Assembly (NCBI GenBank): GCA_951406725.2
Contig: OX597831.1
Coordinates: forward strand, 51,088,001 to 51,152,000
Direction: 5' to 3'
Length of the DNA: 64,000 bases
DNA from: Octopus vulgaris
Lineage: Eukaryota
Positions 1 to 13,285 of the stretch are shown piece by piece. A model generated the notes under the pieces. The model saw nothing but the letters and a program-made list of their open reading frames with translations, was not told where the DNA came from and searched no databases. Numbering within the stretch: position 1 is the stretch's first letter; every line of letters starts with the position of its first letter. Made by a program: the position numbers and the translations under genes.

Positions 1-763
1 TGTGTGTGTGTATAGCAGCGTGTGTACACTTTGGTCTCTTATATGTAAATATACATTTTTCTAAATCTTGTACGACTCTATTTCTATCTATCAGCCCTTT
101 CACACTTATTCATTCATTCCACTCTTCGTTCGTTCGTTCCCCCTCTCTCACATTTCTTTGCCTTCTCTTCTTGCTCACTTTCCCTCCACTTTTCACTTCA
201 CTGTGTGCTTGTCATTTTTTTCTTACCCCTCCTTAATTCTTCTGTCCCTCTGCTTCTACTTCTCTCTCTTCTCTTTCCATGTGACCAGTGTTCGGCCAAG
301 CCTGTTCTTTCTTTCTTAGTCTGGCCATTGTCCATGCAACATCGATCTTCACCCGCTATGTTTGTGAAATCTTGTATCCTTGCTGTAAGGCTTCATTTTC
401 ACACACGCCAGCTTAATTTAATTCATCCTTAGTCAAAAGACACCTGTTGTTATGTCCTGTTATTATTTTTATTGTATTTATGTAACATTGTCCGTTTTTT
501 TCTGTCCTTGTTTTTTTATACATTCACTGCTTTCTTCCAAGGAATCTAATGCTCTTAGCTTAGTTTTTCCTTGGGGCTGGCCAGATTGGAGCAATCTCAA
601 GTATAATCAACCGAAATTGCGAAGAGAACCTGGTACTTGACTAAGGAAAGAAAACTTCGAATGACCCGTCCTTGTTTTCTTTGTATGGTCTATCTGGATG
701 TTTTGTTGTCCCGTTTTTGTATCACCTAACTGTCCGGATGTTTTGCATTCTTGTTCTATTTTG

Positions 764-809
<46 letters not shown>

Positions 810-1128
810 TTCATCATCATCATTTAGTGTCCTTTTTTTTTTGTCGATGCTCTACAGAGAGGGTGGGGTCACCCATTTTTAAATCTGCAAGTTGTGTTTG
901 GAGGAAGAATTGGCTGCTATATTTAGCAGGTCAGACAACCATATAAAAGCTGCTTCACTGACTCCCTTAAAGCAGCCTAATGCCCTATCATCTACCTTGT
1001 TACTGTTGTTGTTGTATTTATTAGTGATGATGATGATGATGACAACGACAATGATGATCATGATAAAATGGTTTACAACCATTAACTCCAGATACTGCTA
1101 TTTGAAAACTCACTTCTAGCATACTCAC

Positions 1129-1194
1129 CAGCTTTTTTTGACCAAAGTTCAGTCATTAACAATTGAGCTTTCTCATTATGCATATATTTATATT
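1129..1194 (-). CDS. Candidate downstream exon of the PTB-domain gene, (E)YKYMHNEKAQLLMTELWSKKA(G)
   Basis: Minus strand aaattttaatAG|...GCTG|GTGAGT. The exon is 66 nt, phase 1 to phase 1, stop-free and compatible with the phase-1 end of the 3585-3609 exon. The polypyrimidine tract is weak and the peptide does not continue the expected PTB helix. Confidence 0.3.
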
Positions 1195-1333
1195 CTATTA
1201 AAATTTATAGGCTCATTATGCTATGTATGCTAATGAACACCTTACTACTTGTTTTCCATGCAGCAGAAATCCATGATTATTATCCCCACCATCAAATCAC
1301 TCCTTTAACAGAAGAGTAGTTTTCAAAAGTATG

Positions 1334-1660
1334 AAGGTGCATGGCTTAGTGATTAGAAGTATTCAGCTTACAATCGTAAGGTCATGAGTTCAATTCCTAG
1401 CGGTGTGTAAACGTCCTTGAGCAAGACACTTTTTATTTAACATTGCTCCAGTCCACTCAGCTGGCAAAAATAAGTAGTACCTGTATTTTGAAGGGCCAGC
1501 CTTGTCACATCTTGTGTCATGCTGAATCTCCCTGAGAACTACATTAAGAGTATGCATGTCTATGAAGTGCTCAGCCACATGCACAATAATTTCACAAGCA
1601 GGCTGTTCAGTTGATCAGAGCAACTGGAAGCTTCATTGTCATAACTGACATTGTGCCAGT
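1334..1660 (+). mobile_element. Decayed tRNA-derived SINE
   Basis: A/B-box-like head (tggcttagtgattag...gagttcaattcc) followed by ccttgagcaagacac and ccagtccactcagctg blocks shared with other SINEs in the window. Confidence 0.75.
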
Positions 1661-2169
1661 TAATGAAAGAATTGCTAAATCAACAACCTGGTCAAAGCTA
1701 TCTGGTTGTTCATGGGCTTGCATGAATGAAGCTCAAACTACTATTCTTTTGTTCTTTTATTCTTTTACTTGTTTCAGTCATTTGACTGCGGCTATGCTGG
1801 AGTACTGCCTTTAGCCGAACAAATCAACTCCAGGACTTATTCTTCGTAAGCCTACTGCATACTTTATCAGTGTCTTTCGCTGAACCACTAAGTTACAGGG
1901 ATATAAACATACCAACATTGGTAGTCAAGCAATAGTGGAGGGACAAACACAGATACACACATACATATATACATATAAATGGAGTTAAACGCAGGTGTTA
2001 TTCAAATTCTTTTACTTCCGACACATGTTTCGAAGATATCACTGATATTATGCCAAAGGATTAAAATGGTGTAAAACAATGTAATCTTCTCTTTTTACTT
2101 GCATGATTTTTTGCTACCACAGTAACTATTAATCTATTTTTTCCGTGTTAATTGTTAACAAGAGAAAAA

Positions 2170-2296
2170 TACACACATCTATTTATAAATATATATAATG
2201 TATACGAAGGGCTTCTTTCAGTTTCTGTCTACCAAATCACCTCACATGGCTTTGGTCAGCCTGAGGCTATAGTAGACAACACTTGCCCTACACACA

Positions 2297-2330
<34 letters not shown>

Positions 2331-2490
2331 GTATACGAAGGGCTTCTTTCAGTTTCTGTCTACCAAATCACCTCACATGGCTTTGGTCAGCCTGAAGCTA
2401 TAGTAGAAGACACTTGCCCAAGGTGCCACACAGTGGGACTGAACCCAGAACCATATGGATGGGAAGCAAGCTTCTTACCACACAGCTACT
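2170..2490 (-). mobile_element. SINE family A 5' half carrying a local tandem duplication
   Basis: Reverse complement of the family A head. 2170-2288 is repeated at 2289-2419. Confidence 0.8.
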
Positions 2491-2679
2491 CCAGACTTTG
2501 AAAAAGCAATTAAAAACCCAGTACATTATATTCTTATTAGACTTCATCATGTTCTAAAAACCTGATGGATTGTACATTATGACTAGTATTTTTCTTGGAA
2601 GGTCAGAAATACTAGCAAGAATTGTTAGCACAGTCATTTTATGGTTAAATTCCTTTTACACATCATCAACCATTCAAGT

Positions 2680-2925
2680 GTGGGGGCACGTGGCTCAGTG
2701 GTTAGGATGTCGAACTCATGATCATAAGGTTGTGGTTTCGATTCCTGGACTGGGCGATGCATTGTGTTCTTGAGCAAAACACTTCATTTCACGTTACTCC
2801 AGTCCACTCAGCTGACAAAAATGAGTAATCCTGCAACGGATTGGCGTCCCATCCAGGTGGGGAATTTCTACACCACTGAAACCGGGAAACCAGCCCTTAT
2901 GAGCCTGGCATGGCTCGAGAAGGAA
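2680..2925 (+). mobile_element. tRNA-derived SINE
   Basis: ggcacgtggctcagtggttagg...ggtttcgattcc A/B boxes. The tail (gggaaaccagcccttatgagcctggcatggctcgagaaggaac) resembles that of the SINE at 23270-23565. Confidence 0.85.
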
Positions 2926-3584
2926 CATTAATTTTTTTTAACCATGATCAAGAGCATTCCAGCAAAGACCATCCCATCATCTGGTGTATCTAGGACTATA
3001 TTTTCTGTGTTTTGGCAAAAGTTTGGTAGTTATTTCTAGCAAATCAGACGACTATATAGAAGCCTTTCTGTTGGCTCCATTCAGGTTAAAAGTGTAGGTA
3101 GAAAGTATTTGTGGAGGTGTTAGGACAAAGCATGAACTAAAATTGATTACCAAGCCATCAATTTTGTGACTTAACTACATGGTACTGCACTTAGAATGTT
3201 CCCTTCCATGGTACAAGTCCAGACAAGGTTGTTTATGGAAGATAAGCAGTCGGCCATGCATACCGGCCTCCCCTCTCCATGCCACGGATGTTATCCAAGG
3301 GAAAGGCTTAACTACACAACAGCTTGTCTTTCAATGAGGTATATTCCATGTGTAGCAAGATATGACAAATAAATTCAACTCCAAAGAATATAATAGCAAA
3401 TAAGACTAAAGATATAATAGAAAACAGATAAATAAAGACAAAAAAAAATTACAAAATAAAAAATACAAAATTGAAAAACCATGAAAAATGCAAAGAAATG
3501 AACTAAAGTTTAAAAAATGGCTAAAGAAAGCAAACATTAAGCAAAGTCCAAAAATGTTTTTAAGTAATAGTTATAAATACTTAC

Positions 3585-3609
3585 CAATCGCACAAAGAAT
3601 TATTTTTGC
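3585..3609 (-). CDS. 25-nt microexon of PTB/PID-domain protein (AKIILCAI, C-terminal helix)
   Basis: Minus strand tattatttctttgtattcCAG|GCA AAA ATA ATT CTT TGT GCG ATT G|GTAAGT. The phase-0 start matches the phase-0 end of exon 26750-26816, and the peptide fits the PTB A..I...I helix. Confidence 0.75.
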
Positions 3610-4266
3610 CTGGAATACAAAGAAATAATAATGTTAACAGTTTGACAAAATGTTTGTATTGAATGTTTCATAAAGATTTCACCAGTCTGTCTCTCACTTC
3701 TCCATCAGCCCCATCTATTCTGTGAAAGTTTCCTAATGGCAAATAGCAAAGAGATGTGTGTGATATAATAACTTTTCATTTCTTGACAGAACATTCAAGA
3801 TGAATGGAACCGAAAGCATTCTTGGGTTTATATAAGTGCATTCTTAAAAAACAAAAAAAAAAACTTCATTCTTGCTTCAAGCACTATTATTTCATAAAAG
3901 AAGAGGGGGAAAAAAAAAGGTGATCGAGAACTTAAGGTTGTGAAGAAGAACAAGGTGGTGGAGGAGAAGAGCCAAAAACAGGAATGGAAGGAAACAACAA
4001 GAGTAAGAGAAAACACAATAATAATGATGATGATTTCAAATTCTGACACAAGGCCAGCAATTTCGGGGGAGTGGGTAAGCCAATTAGATTGACCCCAGGG
4101 TTCAACTGATACTTATCTTATTGGCCCAAAAAGGCAATGTCAACCTCAGCAGAATTTGAACTCAGAACATAAAGATGGACGAAATATTGTGAAATTTTGC
4201 CTGACATGCGAAAAATTCTGCCAGCTCGCCACCTTAATAATAATAATAATAATAATTATGACGATG

Positions 4267-5632
4267 ATGAGATGAGGAAAGCTTGTCAGGACAGAAGGCA
4301 CATGGTTACCAAGAGGTGAGATGATGAAGGCAATTCAACCTCAATCCAGCTATAAATACCTGGGAATACTTGAGGCAGATGGAATTATATATAACGACAT
4401 GAAGGAAAAGACAAAAAGAGGGTACCTGCAGTGAGTGAGAAAAATATTGGCTTCAAAGCTGAATGCCAGAAACATAATTTCAACAATAAACTTGCGTGCA
4501 GTCTCCGTTGCAGGATTACTCATTTTTGTCAACTGAGTGGACTGGAGTAACGTGAAATGAAGTGTTTTGCTCAAGAACACAATGCATCGCCCAGTCCAGG
4601 AATCGAAACCACAACCTTATGATCATGAGTTCAACATCCTAACCACTGAGCCACGTGCCCCCACACTTGAATGGTTGATGATGTGTAGAAGGTATGGCAC
4701 TAGAATCCTTAAGTGGACAGAGGAGGAGCTAAAGGAAATGGACAGGATGTCAAGAAAGCTCCTAATGATGCATGGAGCTCATCATCCACATGAAGGCACT
4801 GATCACCAATACATGAAGAGAGCAAATGGAGGAAGAGGACTGATAGGTGTGAGAGACTGTATACGTATTGAACTCAAGAGTTTAATGAGATGCCTAGCCC
4901 AAAGTAAGGAAACCCTGCTAGTGACGGTTAGGAACAAGGGAGTATTGAAAGTAGAGAAAAAAAGAAAAATGAAGGAAGAAGTACAAAAAGGACACGAAGA
5001 AGGATTATGCAACAAGGGGCTACACAATCGATTCCATGTAGTCACAAGAGAAGTTACTGGAAAAAGTAGGTGGTATTGGCTGAAGAAAGGAACACTAAAA
5101 AAAGAGACCGAGAGCACTATACTGGCAGTGCAAGACCAAGGTTTGGCTACGAACTGGAGGGTTAACCTTTGGAATGAGCAAGTGTCTCTGCTGTGCTACA
5201 TTTGTAATAGAGTGGATGAAACTATTGCCCATATCACAAACAAATGCCCTGGACTTGCCCAAAACCACTACAGGTTGTGATGATATGATCAGGTTGCAAA
5301 AGTGCTACACCAGAAACTGTGCGAAAAGTGGGGATTAGAGAGAAGCAAGATATAGTATGAGCACAAACCAGAGAGAGTGGCAGAGTTGGAGACTAGTAAA
5401 ATCCACTGGGATTTCCCAATCCAAATAGATCAGGTGCTAGAGCGTAACAGACCAGATCTAGTGGTGGTTGACAAGAGGTACCACATGTGCTATATAGTTT
5501 ATGTTGCATGCCCCTTTGACTCACGAATAGTCAAGAAGGAAGGCAAAAAATAGATAAATACAACCATCTTAAGAATGAAATAGCCTGGCTAGGAAAAATG
5601 AAGAAGGTGAAGATAGTGCCAATTATTGTTAA
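4267..5632 (+). mobile_element. Decayed R4/Dong-like non-LTR retrotransposon (RT thumb, CCHC knuckle, restriction-like endonuclease)
   Basis: Translates to YKYLGILEAD, GGRGL, CYICNRVDETIAHITNKC and WDFPIQ..RPDLVVVDK..ACPFD with in-frame stops. Interrupted at 4504-4692. Confidence 0.9.
4504..4692 (-). repeat. Inverted near-perfect copy of 2652-2840 inserted in the LINE
   Basis: 189 bp with 3 mismatches to the reverse complement of 2652-2840, including about 28 bp of non-SINE flank. Confidence 0.95.
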
Positions 5633-5784
5633 ATGATTTAAGAACCATCTGCTGGCATGTCCCAACATGCCACGCCATGGAAAAAATTCAAATATGAATT
5701 AGAAGCAGATTGAGGTTAGAGGTATGTGTAATAAGTGCAAAGGATAATAGAGGTAGGTGGGAGAAATAAGATATAGCATCGAGT

Positions 5785-6050
5785 AAAGACCCACTTCACT
5801 CATGAATGACCATGAGATTGCACCTAGAAAGTTCCGCTCTGAGGCACAAGTCCAGACAAGGTTGTTTATGGAAGACCAGTAGTCGCCCATGCATACCAGC
5901 CTCCCCTCTCCACACCACCGATGTTATCCAAGGGAATGGCAAAGGCCCGTACAGCTTGGCACTAGTGATGTTGCAACTCATTTCTACAGCTGAGTGAACT
6001 GGAGAAGTGTGAAATAACACAACACACAGCCCAGTCTGGGACTCAAACTC
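5785..6050 (-). mobile_element. SINE family E, partial
   Basis: Reverse complement of the element at 34257-34588 (catgaatgaccatg...gttgtttatggaagaccag...tttctacagctgagtgaac). Confidence 0.8.
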
Positions 6051-6384
6051 AGTAGGACTGCATTGTCTAAATACACCCTGACCATATTAAAGATGGTACA
6101 GCCGTGATTTGAGGGTGATTGGATTTATTTCTAGCATTCCTTGGCTTGTTGTAACATGGTGATATGCTTGTAATGATAGACATGCGACAGAAAAATCAAT
6201 TGATGTCTGATTCATTTCATTTTACTTACTGCTTGTGGCTATAATTTCCAGACATAATCAATAGCCTAAAGATAGATTAACACTGTTGACTGACATGAAC
6301 TCGGTGATCTACGTGAGGTGATGTATTCAGTGGACACCTTTTGGCTTAGTGGTGATTACAGGTAACTTTCAATCACTCAAATGT

Positions 6385-6479
<95 letters not shown>

Positions 6480-7351
6480 ATGTATATATGTATATACACA
6501 CACACACATACATGTATAGACAAATGTAAATGGTGTGTGAGTGTATATATACATGAATATGAAAGAATTTCAAATGTAAACTACACCTACTTCAAAAACA
6601 CATTTTTTAAAATTTATAACATAAAAGATAACTCCTCTACAAATAAACTCAGATATTTAAATTATAGTTATTCTGTAATCTCTGTGCATGTGTACATAGA
6701 ACTATATAAGATGTATGCATGTATATGTGTGAACCTGTGTGTGTGTGTGCTTTTTTGGTTACATTCAAACTGTAGTGTACATACAGTCACAAACAACCCA
6801 ATCTAGAGTAGACTGTTAGCATTTGATATAATAAACATATCTATCCACTCTACACAACATACTGGGTCTTATATCAGATAATGCTTTCATTAAGTAAAAT
6901 ATATATTAATATACTTTATAACTACTGAGGCAATGAGCTGGCAAAATTGTTAGCATGCCAAGCAAAATGCTTGGTGGTATTTCGTCCAGCTCTAAGTTCT
7001 GAGTTCAAATTCTGCCGAGATCAACACATATAGATGGAGTTGTATTTATTAAGTAACAGATTAACTTAGCTCCTCGTGATACTTAAAGTTTTGTGGACTA
7101 GAAAAAACATGACTGGCTCTTTGGACATAGAGACATATGTTTTAGAAGTTGGTCATATTTTTTCATTATCATGAAATTTTATGTAGCATGAGGAGCTAAG
7201 CCAACTGATTACTCTCTCCCTCTCTCTCTCTCTCTATATATATATATAGGGAGAATTCATGAAAAAAACAAAAGACGAAGACAGGTGGTGTAGAAAACAA
7301 ACAGACGTATTAGTATAACGCTCGGGAATTGAAAGTCTTTAATGTTTCAAG

Positions 7352-7387
<36 letters not shown>

Positions 7388-7806
7388 ATACAAGATAAGA
7401 AAATGGAGAAATACATCTAAATCAAATATCAATTACCAGATAATACTCAATCACATACTTTATTAAACCACCACATAAGAGACTGTAGGGTTAAACATAA
7501 AAAAGCAGAACAAATCAGTGTACATAAAGGAATGTACATAAAAAAGTGTACATAAAAGAGTAATGTTGTATAATAAGTAGAATATATATAAAAAAGAGAA
7601 TATAAATATAAGTAAATATAAATATAAGTATCAATATATATACATATATCACATAAAAATGTGTCTGCTCATAAGAAAGAAAGCAAATAAGAATAATGAA
7701 TGTGAAACTAGTGTATAATATCAAAAATATAGTATATTTATTTATTATAGATGAAAGTATGCAGTACTAAGAATGTTCAGTATCTTTCATAAGAATTTTT
7801 TCAAGG

Positions 7807-8815
7807 TATGGGTGTCAGCTGATAAGTTCATTGGCTGACCAAAATAATCTCATGGGATGTGACCAAATGAGGTTTATTTTGTCAACATAGTCCCCTTTAT
7901 GGTCCACAAACATCTTGAATCAATGTTGCAGAGCTTAGATCCCACTGGTGAAGAAGCTTTCATCCTGTTAATCAAAAAAAGTCATCAACAGCAGATGTGA
8001 TGTCACCATCACTGCATTACTGGTCCCCAGCCAAGTGCTTTTTCATGTTGGGAAACAGGTGATAGTCAGATGGAGCCAAATAAACATAATAGGGACAGTG
8101 GTCAACCAGTTCGATGCATGGCAGCCAATGAGACCAAGGACTTGTGTGCTGGAGCATTACCCTGATGAAACAAGGCCCCTTTCATCAGTTTTTCTGGGCA
8201 TTTCATTTTGATAGCCTTTCATAACTGCCCCAGCAAGTTGGCATTGTACTCTCCATTGATAGGTGATCCTTTTGAAAATAGTCAATAAATACAATGCCTT
8301 TTGCATCCCAAAAATGTCGAACTTGGTCTTCTTTAGAGCAGGTGAGGAGGGACATTTCCATTGGATGGATTGTTTCTCTGTCTCTGGCTCAAAGTGATGA
8401 AGCCAACACTCATCCTGGGTTAGGAAACATTCAAGAAAACCAGCTGGATCTGCCTAAAATAATGTCAGATTTTCTCATGTGATCAGCAAGGTGTGCTATT
8501 GATTGGGTGTCAGAAGATATGGCAGCCACCAAGCTGAAATCTTCTTCATGCCAACTCCATTGTGCAGAATATTCTCTACTTTCTCACAGAACATGCTTAT
8601 AACACTGGCTATTTTGTTCATAGTCAATTGCTTGCCATCCATCAGTATGTGATGAACATGATCAATGTTTCCCTCGGTGGTGACAGTTTCAGGAACCCCA
8701 GAACTTGGGTGACCTTCAAGACTCTCTCTTCCCCTCCTAAATCCAGCTGCCCACTTTTGCACAGTTGATAAGCATCTTGTAGAGGCCCATGATAAAAGCA
8801 CATGATAAAGCATGA
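7807..8815 (-). mobile_element. Decayed mariner transposon, 5'-truncated
   Basis: Minus strand encodes KISAWWLPYLL (WVPxxL motif) and LAPSDYHLFPNMKKHLAG...VDHKGDYVDK. A TA-flanked TIR-like end lies at 7807. Confidence 0.9.
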
Positions 8816-9730
8816 TAAAACAGCTTGCCTAGTGTGCTAACAATTCTGACAGCTCACCATCTTCATAATTGTAATAATATCAAAATCATATAATAGAGAA
8901 AACATGATGTTAGTGATGTATATGTGAAAACCAAATGTGAATTGAAAGTAGTGGTGGTAGTGGTGGTGGTGGTGCAACTATGACTGTTGTTGATGATGAT
9001 GATGATATTAGCATTTAAGAATAAGGAGGAAAATTAATGGAGATGTAGATATAAAAGAAAAAAATGCCAAGAGAAGTTATAAACTGAAATAATAAATTAG
9101 CAACAAATTACACATTGTGAAATACAAAATGTAGTGAGATCCAAACGTTATATAATGATATACTGATATAATGTTAGAACACTAAAAAGTAATCTATCAC
9201 ATAAATAATGAGTGAAATACAAATGTAGTGGAATAAGAATACAAGAGAGGAGAAAAAAAAGACACTGAAGACGAACAAGTGGTGATCAGTGGATGTAAGA
9301 GTATCATCAATAACTGCGAGGATTTGAAGTGGTTCAAAACATGGTAGTTTGTGAACATGTTATAAAATAGACAGTATATGCAAGACTAGGGATGGGACAA
9401 AAGTAGAGGAAAACAGAATTAGATTAGAAGGGGGTTGCATGGGAATCAATAATGTTTAAAGATGGAGAGGTTGTGGTGATTGTTTTGGCGGGGTTGTCCT
9501 TGTTATTGGTAAGGTTTCAGATATGTTTAAAAGTTTTGAAGAAATTATGGCTGCATGTGGTCCTGCAGAGTGTCTGTTTAGAAAGAGTTGTTTAGCATAC
9601 AGCATATCATGTGCCTCTACAGGACAGAAAGTGAAGGATTTTGGGGTTCTAGTGAAATTTAGTATTAGTAGCAACTTTCCAATTTAAACTGTAAAGTATA
9701 TTTCTCTCTTTTTAATCCTTTCTATACATA

Positions 9731-9767
<37 letters not shown>

Positions 9768-9779
9768 TTACATGGAAAA

Positions 9780-10140
9780 TCAATGTTAAATGATTATAAT
9801 GGTGACATCAAATGCTGAGCCTTACAAAGGAGATGATAGATGACCGAGATATGTGGCACAAGAAGACTCCCCCACTACAACAAAAGTGGGATCCTAAAAC
9901 CAAGGTGGCACATAAAAAACACTAGTGCTGGTGCCACATAAAAAGCACTGGTGATAATGCCATGTAAAAAGCTCCCAGTACACTCTGTAAAGTGGTTGAC
10001 ATTAGGAAAAGTATTCAGCTGCAGAAACCAAGTAAAAACAAACTATGGAACTTGGTGCGGCCCCCTAGCCTTGCCAGTTCCTGTCAAGACATCCTACCCA
10101 TGCCAGCATGGAAAAATAGATGTTAAATGTTGATGATGAT
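9780..10140 (+). mobile_element. RTE-like LINE 3' end with tandem gtgccacataaaaagcact repeats and (GAT)n tail
   Basis: Same architecture as 36695-37155 and 50630-51046. Confidence 0.7.
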
Positions 10141-11160
10141 AAATATGTGTACTTGAAAGTCTATAAGAATTGCTTAATGCAGTTTTGAAGAGTAAAGGTG
10201 GTTTTGTTTTTTAAATTTATTTTTTTTAAAAACGTTATGAAATCTTTTATCAGGATGTTTACACACTCATATGTATATGTATGCATGCTTATATATAAAT
10301 GTATATACAGATGTGTGTGTTTGTGTGTGCATGCATATTTTCTTGTTGGATTCAACATATGAGGGTCCAACAGCATTTTTCTTTTAGACTGTATATCTAT
10401 GCCTCTTATGGCACTTTAATCTAGCCAACTTAAATCCACAGATTAGACATATGAAAGGATTGTTAAACAAAACAGCTGGCACATTTAAGACTTTGCCTTT
10501 TCTCTCTCACTTCTAAAGAACTGATCTAGATAGACCAATTCATAGTTGTTTATGAGTTTTAGCAAATTACTCTCCATTTCTATACAGAAGTGCACATTTA
10601 GCCATCATTACAAGGAGTAAATATTTACAGACCAAAAATTGTAGCAAACACTGGTTATAGTTTTGAATCTGACAAGTTTCACAGTACTTTGCTGCTTGAC
10701 CACATTGTTGTAATTTGCACATTTACTCTTCTCTCTATATATATATATATACTTATTTTCATTGAATACCAATGTCTAAATGGCTAGCAGAAGGGCAACG
10801 TGCTAGTGGAAAAACCAAAGAAACATTTTGCACTAAGTACATCAAAGAAAGTAGAGTTAATAGAAATTTAAACGGATTAATAATGATCAAACAGACTCTG
10901 CTTAACAAGTATATTATTTGTATCTCCTAAATACAGTCTCGGATAAAATCTCAACAAACAAAAAGAAACAGACACTATGAAAATATGATTTCTCTTTCTT
11001 TGTCGATATATGTTGTATGTATGAGTATGTGAGGGAGTTTGTACACTTACATAAACACACACATACACACACACACACAAACACAATTATGTGTGTGCGT
11101 GTGAGTGTGTATGTGTATTACCATTTTTGTATGAGAAAAAGAAAATAGAGAAATTGATAT

Positions 11161-11450
11161 CATCATCATCATCGTTTAACGTCCATCTTCCATGCTAGCA
11201 TGGGTTGGACAGTTCGACTGAGGTCTGGGAAGCCAGGAGGCTGCACCAGGCTCCAGTCTGATCTGGCAGTGTTTCTACAGCTGGATGCCCTTCCTAACGC
11301 CAACCACTTCATGAGTGTAGAGGGTGCTTTTTACATGCCACCAGCACAAGTGCCAGGGGAGGCTGGCAGCGGCCACAATCGGTTGGTGCTTTTTACATGC
11401 CATCGGCACAGAAGCCAGTAAAAGCGGCACTGGCATCGGCCACATTCGGA
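11161..11450 (-). mobile_element. SINE/LINE-tail family D with V-domain-like motif and (GAT)n tail
   Basis: Reverse complement contains tggcgttaggaagggcatccagctgtagaaac. Matches 31052-31469 and 37560-37828. Confidence 0.8.
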
Positions 11451-12007
11451 TATATAGACATTAATTTATTAGAACATTTTCATTTTCAAACAATATCAAA
11501 CCAATTGCACCTACAAATGTGTCCATGCCCCACCAATTCAACTTGAGAAATTAAATTAAATTAAATTAAACTTTCATATTGAATATCATTAATTGGTCAT
11601 TTCATCAGGTGAAGAATTTGATAGAAAGGAGCTACATTCCAGTATGTTGTTTGACCATTGTTAGACCCAGATATGTGCTTTTCAGCAACCAATGCATTGA
11701 AAAATTGTTACTTGTATATATATATATGCAAATAGGTTAATGCATTTGTTTGCATGTGCATGTAATGTGTTAAAAAACAAAGGTATCTGCTAGTTAGCTT
11801 AAACAATACTTCCATAAGATTATTTTACCTAGAAACTAAGAACAATATTCCTAATTTACATTATTATTTATGACAGATCAAAATGTCAATAAAATATTTA
11901 ATCACTTAAGAAATTTTTATTAAGTCACTCAGTTGTAATCTCTAGTAATTACAACTAAATAAATTATTATTATTATTTATTTTCATTTTAAAACATAGTT
12001 ACGTATA

Positions 12008-12392
12008 TTCTTTTACTTGTTTCAGTCATTTAACTGCGACCATGCTGGAGCACCACCTTTAGTCGGGCAAATCGACCCCAGGACTTATTCTTTGTAAGCC
12101 TAGTACTTATTTTATATGCCTCTTTTGCCGAACCGCTAAGTTACGGGGATGTAAACACACCAGCATCGGTTGTCAAGCGATGTTGGTGGAACAAACACAG
12201 ACACACAAACATATACACACACATATATATACATATATACGACAGGCTTCTTTCAGTTTCTGTCTACCAAATCCACTCACAAGGCTTTGGCCGGCCCAAG
12301 GCTATAGTAGAAGACACTTGCCCAAGGTTCCACGCAGTGGGAATGAACACGGAACCATGTGGTTGGTAAGAAAGCTACTTACCACACAGCCA
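12008..12392 (-). mobile_element. SINE family A, near full length
   Basis: Reverse complement of the 16828-17225 and 51083-51515 copies, with central microsatellite. Confidence 0.9.
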
Positions 12393-12899
12393 CATGTAAT
12401 ATTTTTTTTATGCATTTCTGTGTGCATTTGTTAATGTACTGACAGCTACTGGACGATGATGAATGAAAACTGTTCACTAATTAGCAAAGTTGAATATTAC
12501 GCCATCTGTACAAAATATATATCTATTTATAATACTGAGAATAGACGCAAACAGTCATGATAAAGGAAAGCATTAATGTTAACAAATCAAAATTGATAAA
12601 AATTAAAACCATTATTAAATTAATACATTAATATCTTTAACTTAAAAATTACCTGTTATTTTATTAATAATAATCAGATTCCTGAGATACGTACTTAAAT
12701 TAATGTCTCAGCAACCGTTATATAATACAGTTACTCATAAATAAAACCTTATATTTATATTTACTATTCATTTAATATTTTCATATTAATATAACTACAA
12801 GGAATTATTTAATCTTTTTAGTTACATTTGTTAGTAAATTAATCCTAAGATACCACCTAATTTATAGTCCTAATAATCCTTACATTATATTTAATGGTA

Positions 12900-13285
12900 A
12901 TTTTTGAAAACATGCTTACATGTATGAACACAAAATAACCTACTCTCTTTTTTGGTGTTAAGGAGTCTATGTCTAGAATTTAAGATTTGAAATAATTCAT
13001 TACACACAAAGAAAACAATAGGCATTTCCAGTTTTATAGGCACCAGTCCTGCTTATTATTTCCCACTCCACAGTAAACATTTTATTTTTGTCCTTTAAGT
13101 CCCAAATAAATTCACTAAGACTGGTAGAAGACAACTTATTTTTATTATTAAAGGTATAATTGTGATTAGCAATGCATTTTTTGTTAAGTTTTCTGTTGTA
13201 CCAATGTAAAAGAAATTCTTACCTTCAGGTTTAACTCTACAGCTATATACGTTTTTTTGCTTACAATAATTATTAAACATACACC
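12900..13285 (-). mobile_element. Penelope-like element GIY-YIG endonuclease fragment
   Basis: Minus strand CKQKNVYSCRV..FFYIGTT, then frameshifted LSEFIWDLKDKNKMFTVEWEIISRTGAYKTGNAYCFLC. Same motif order as the element at 56580-58790. Confidence 0.8.

Noticed and set aside
4567-5280. 237-aa ORF as a host gene
   Set aside because: It is chimeric: the N-terminus comes from the inverted SINE copy and the rest from a stop-ridden R4-like LINE.
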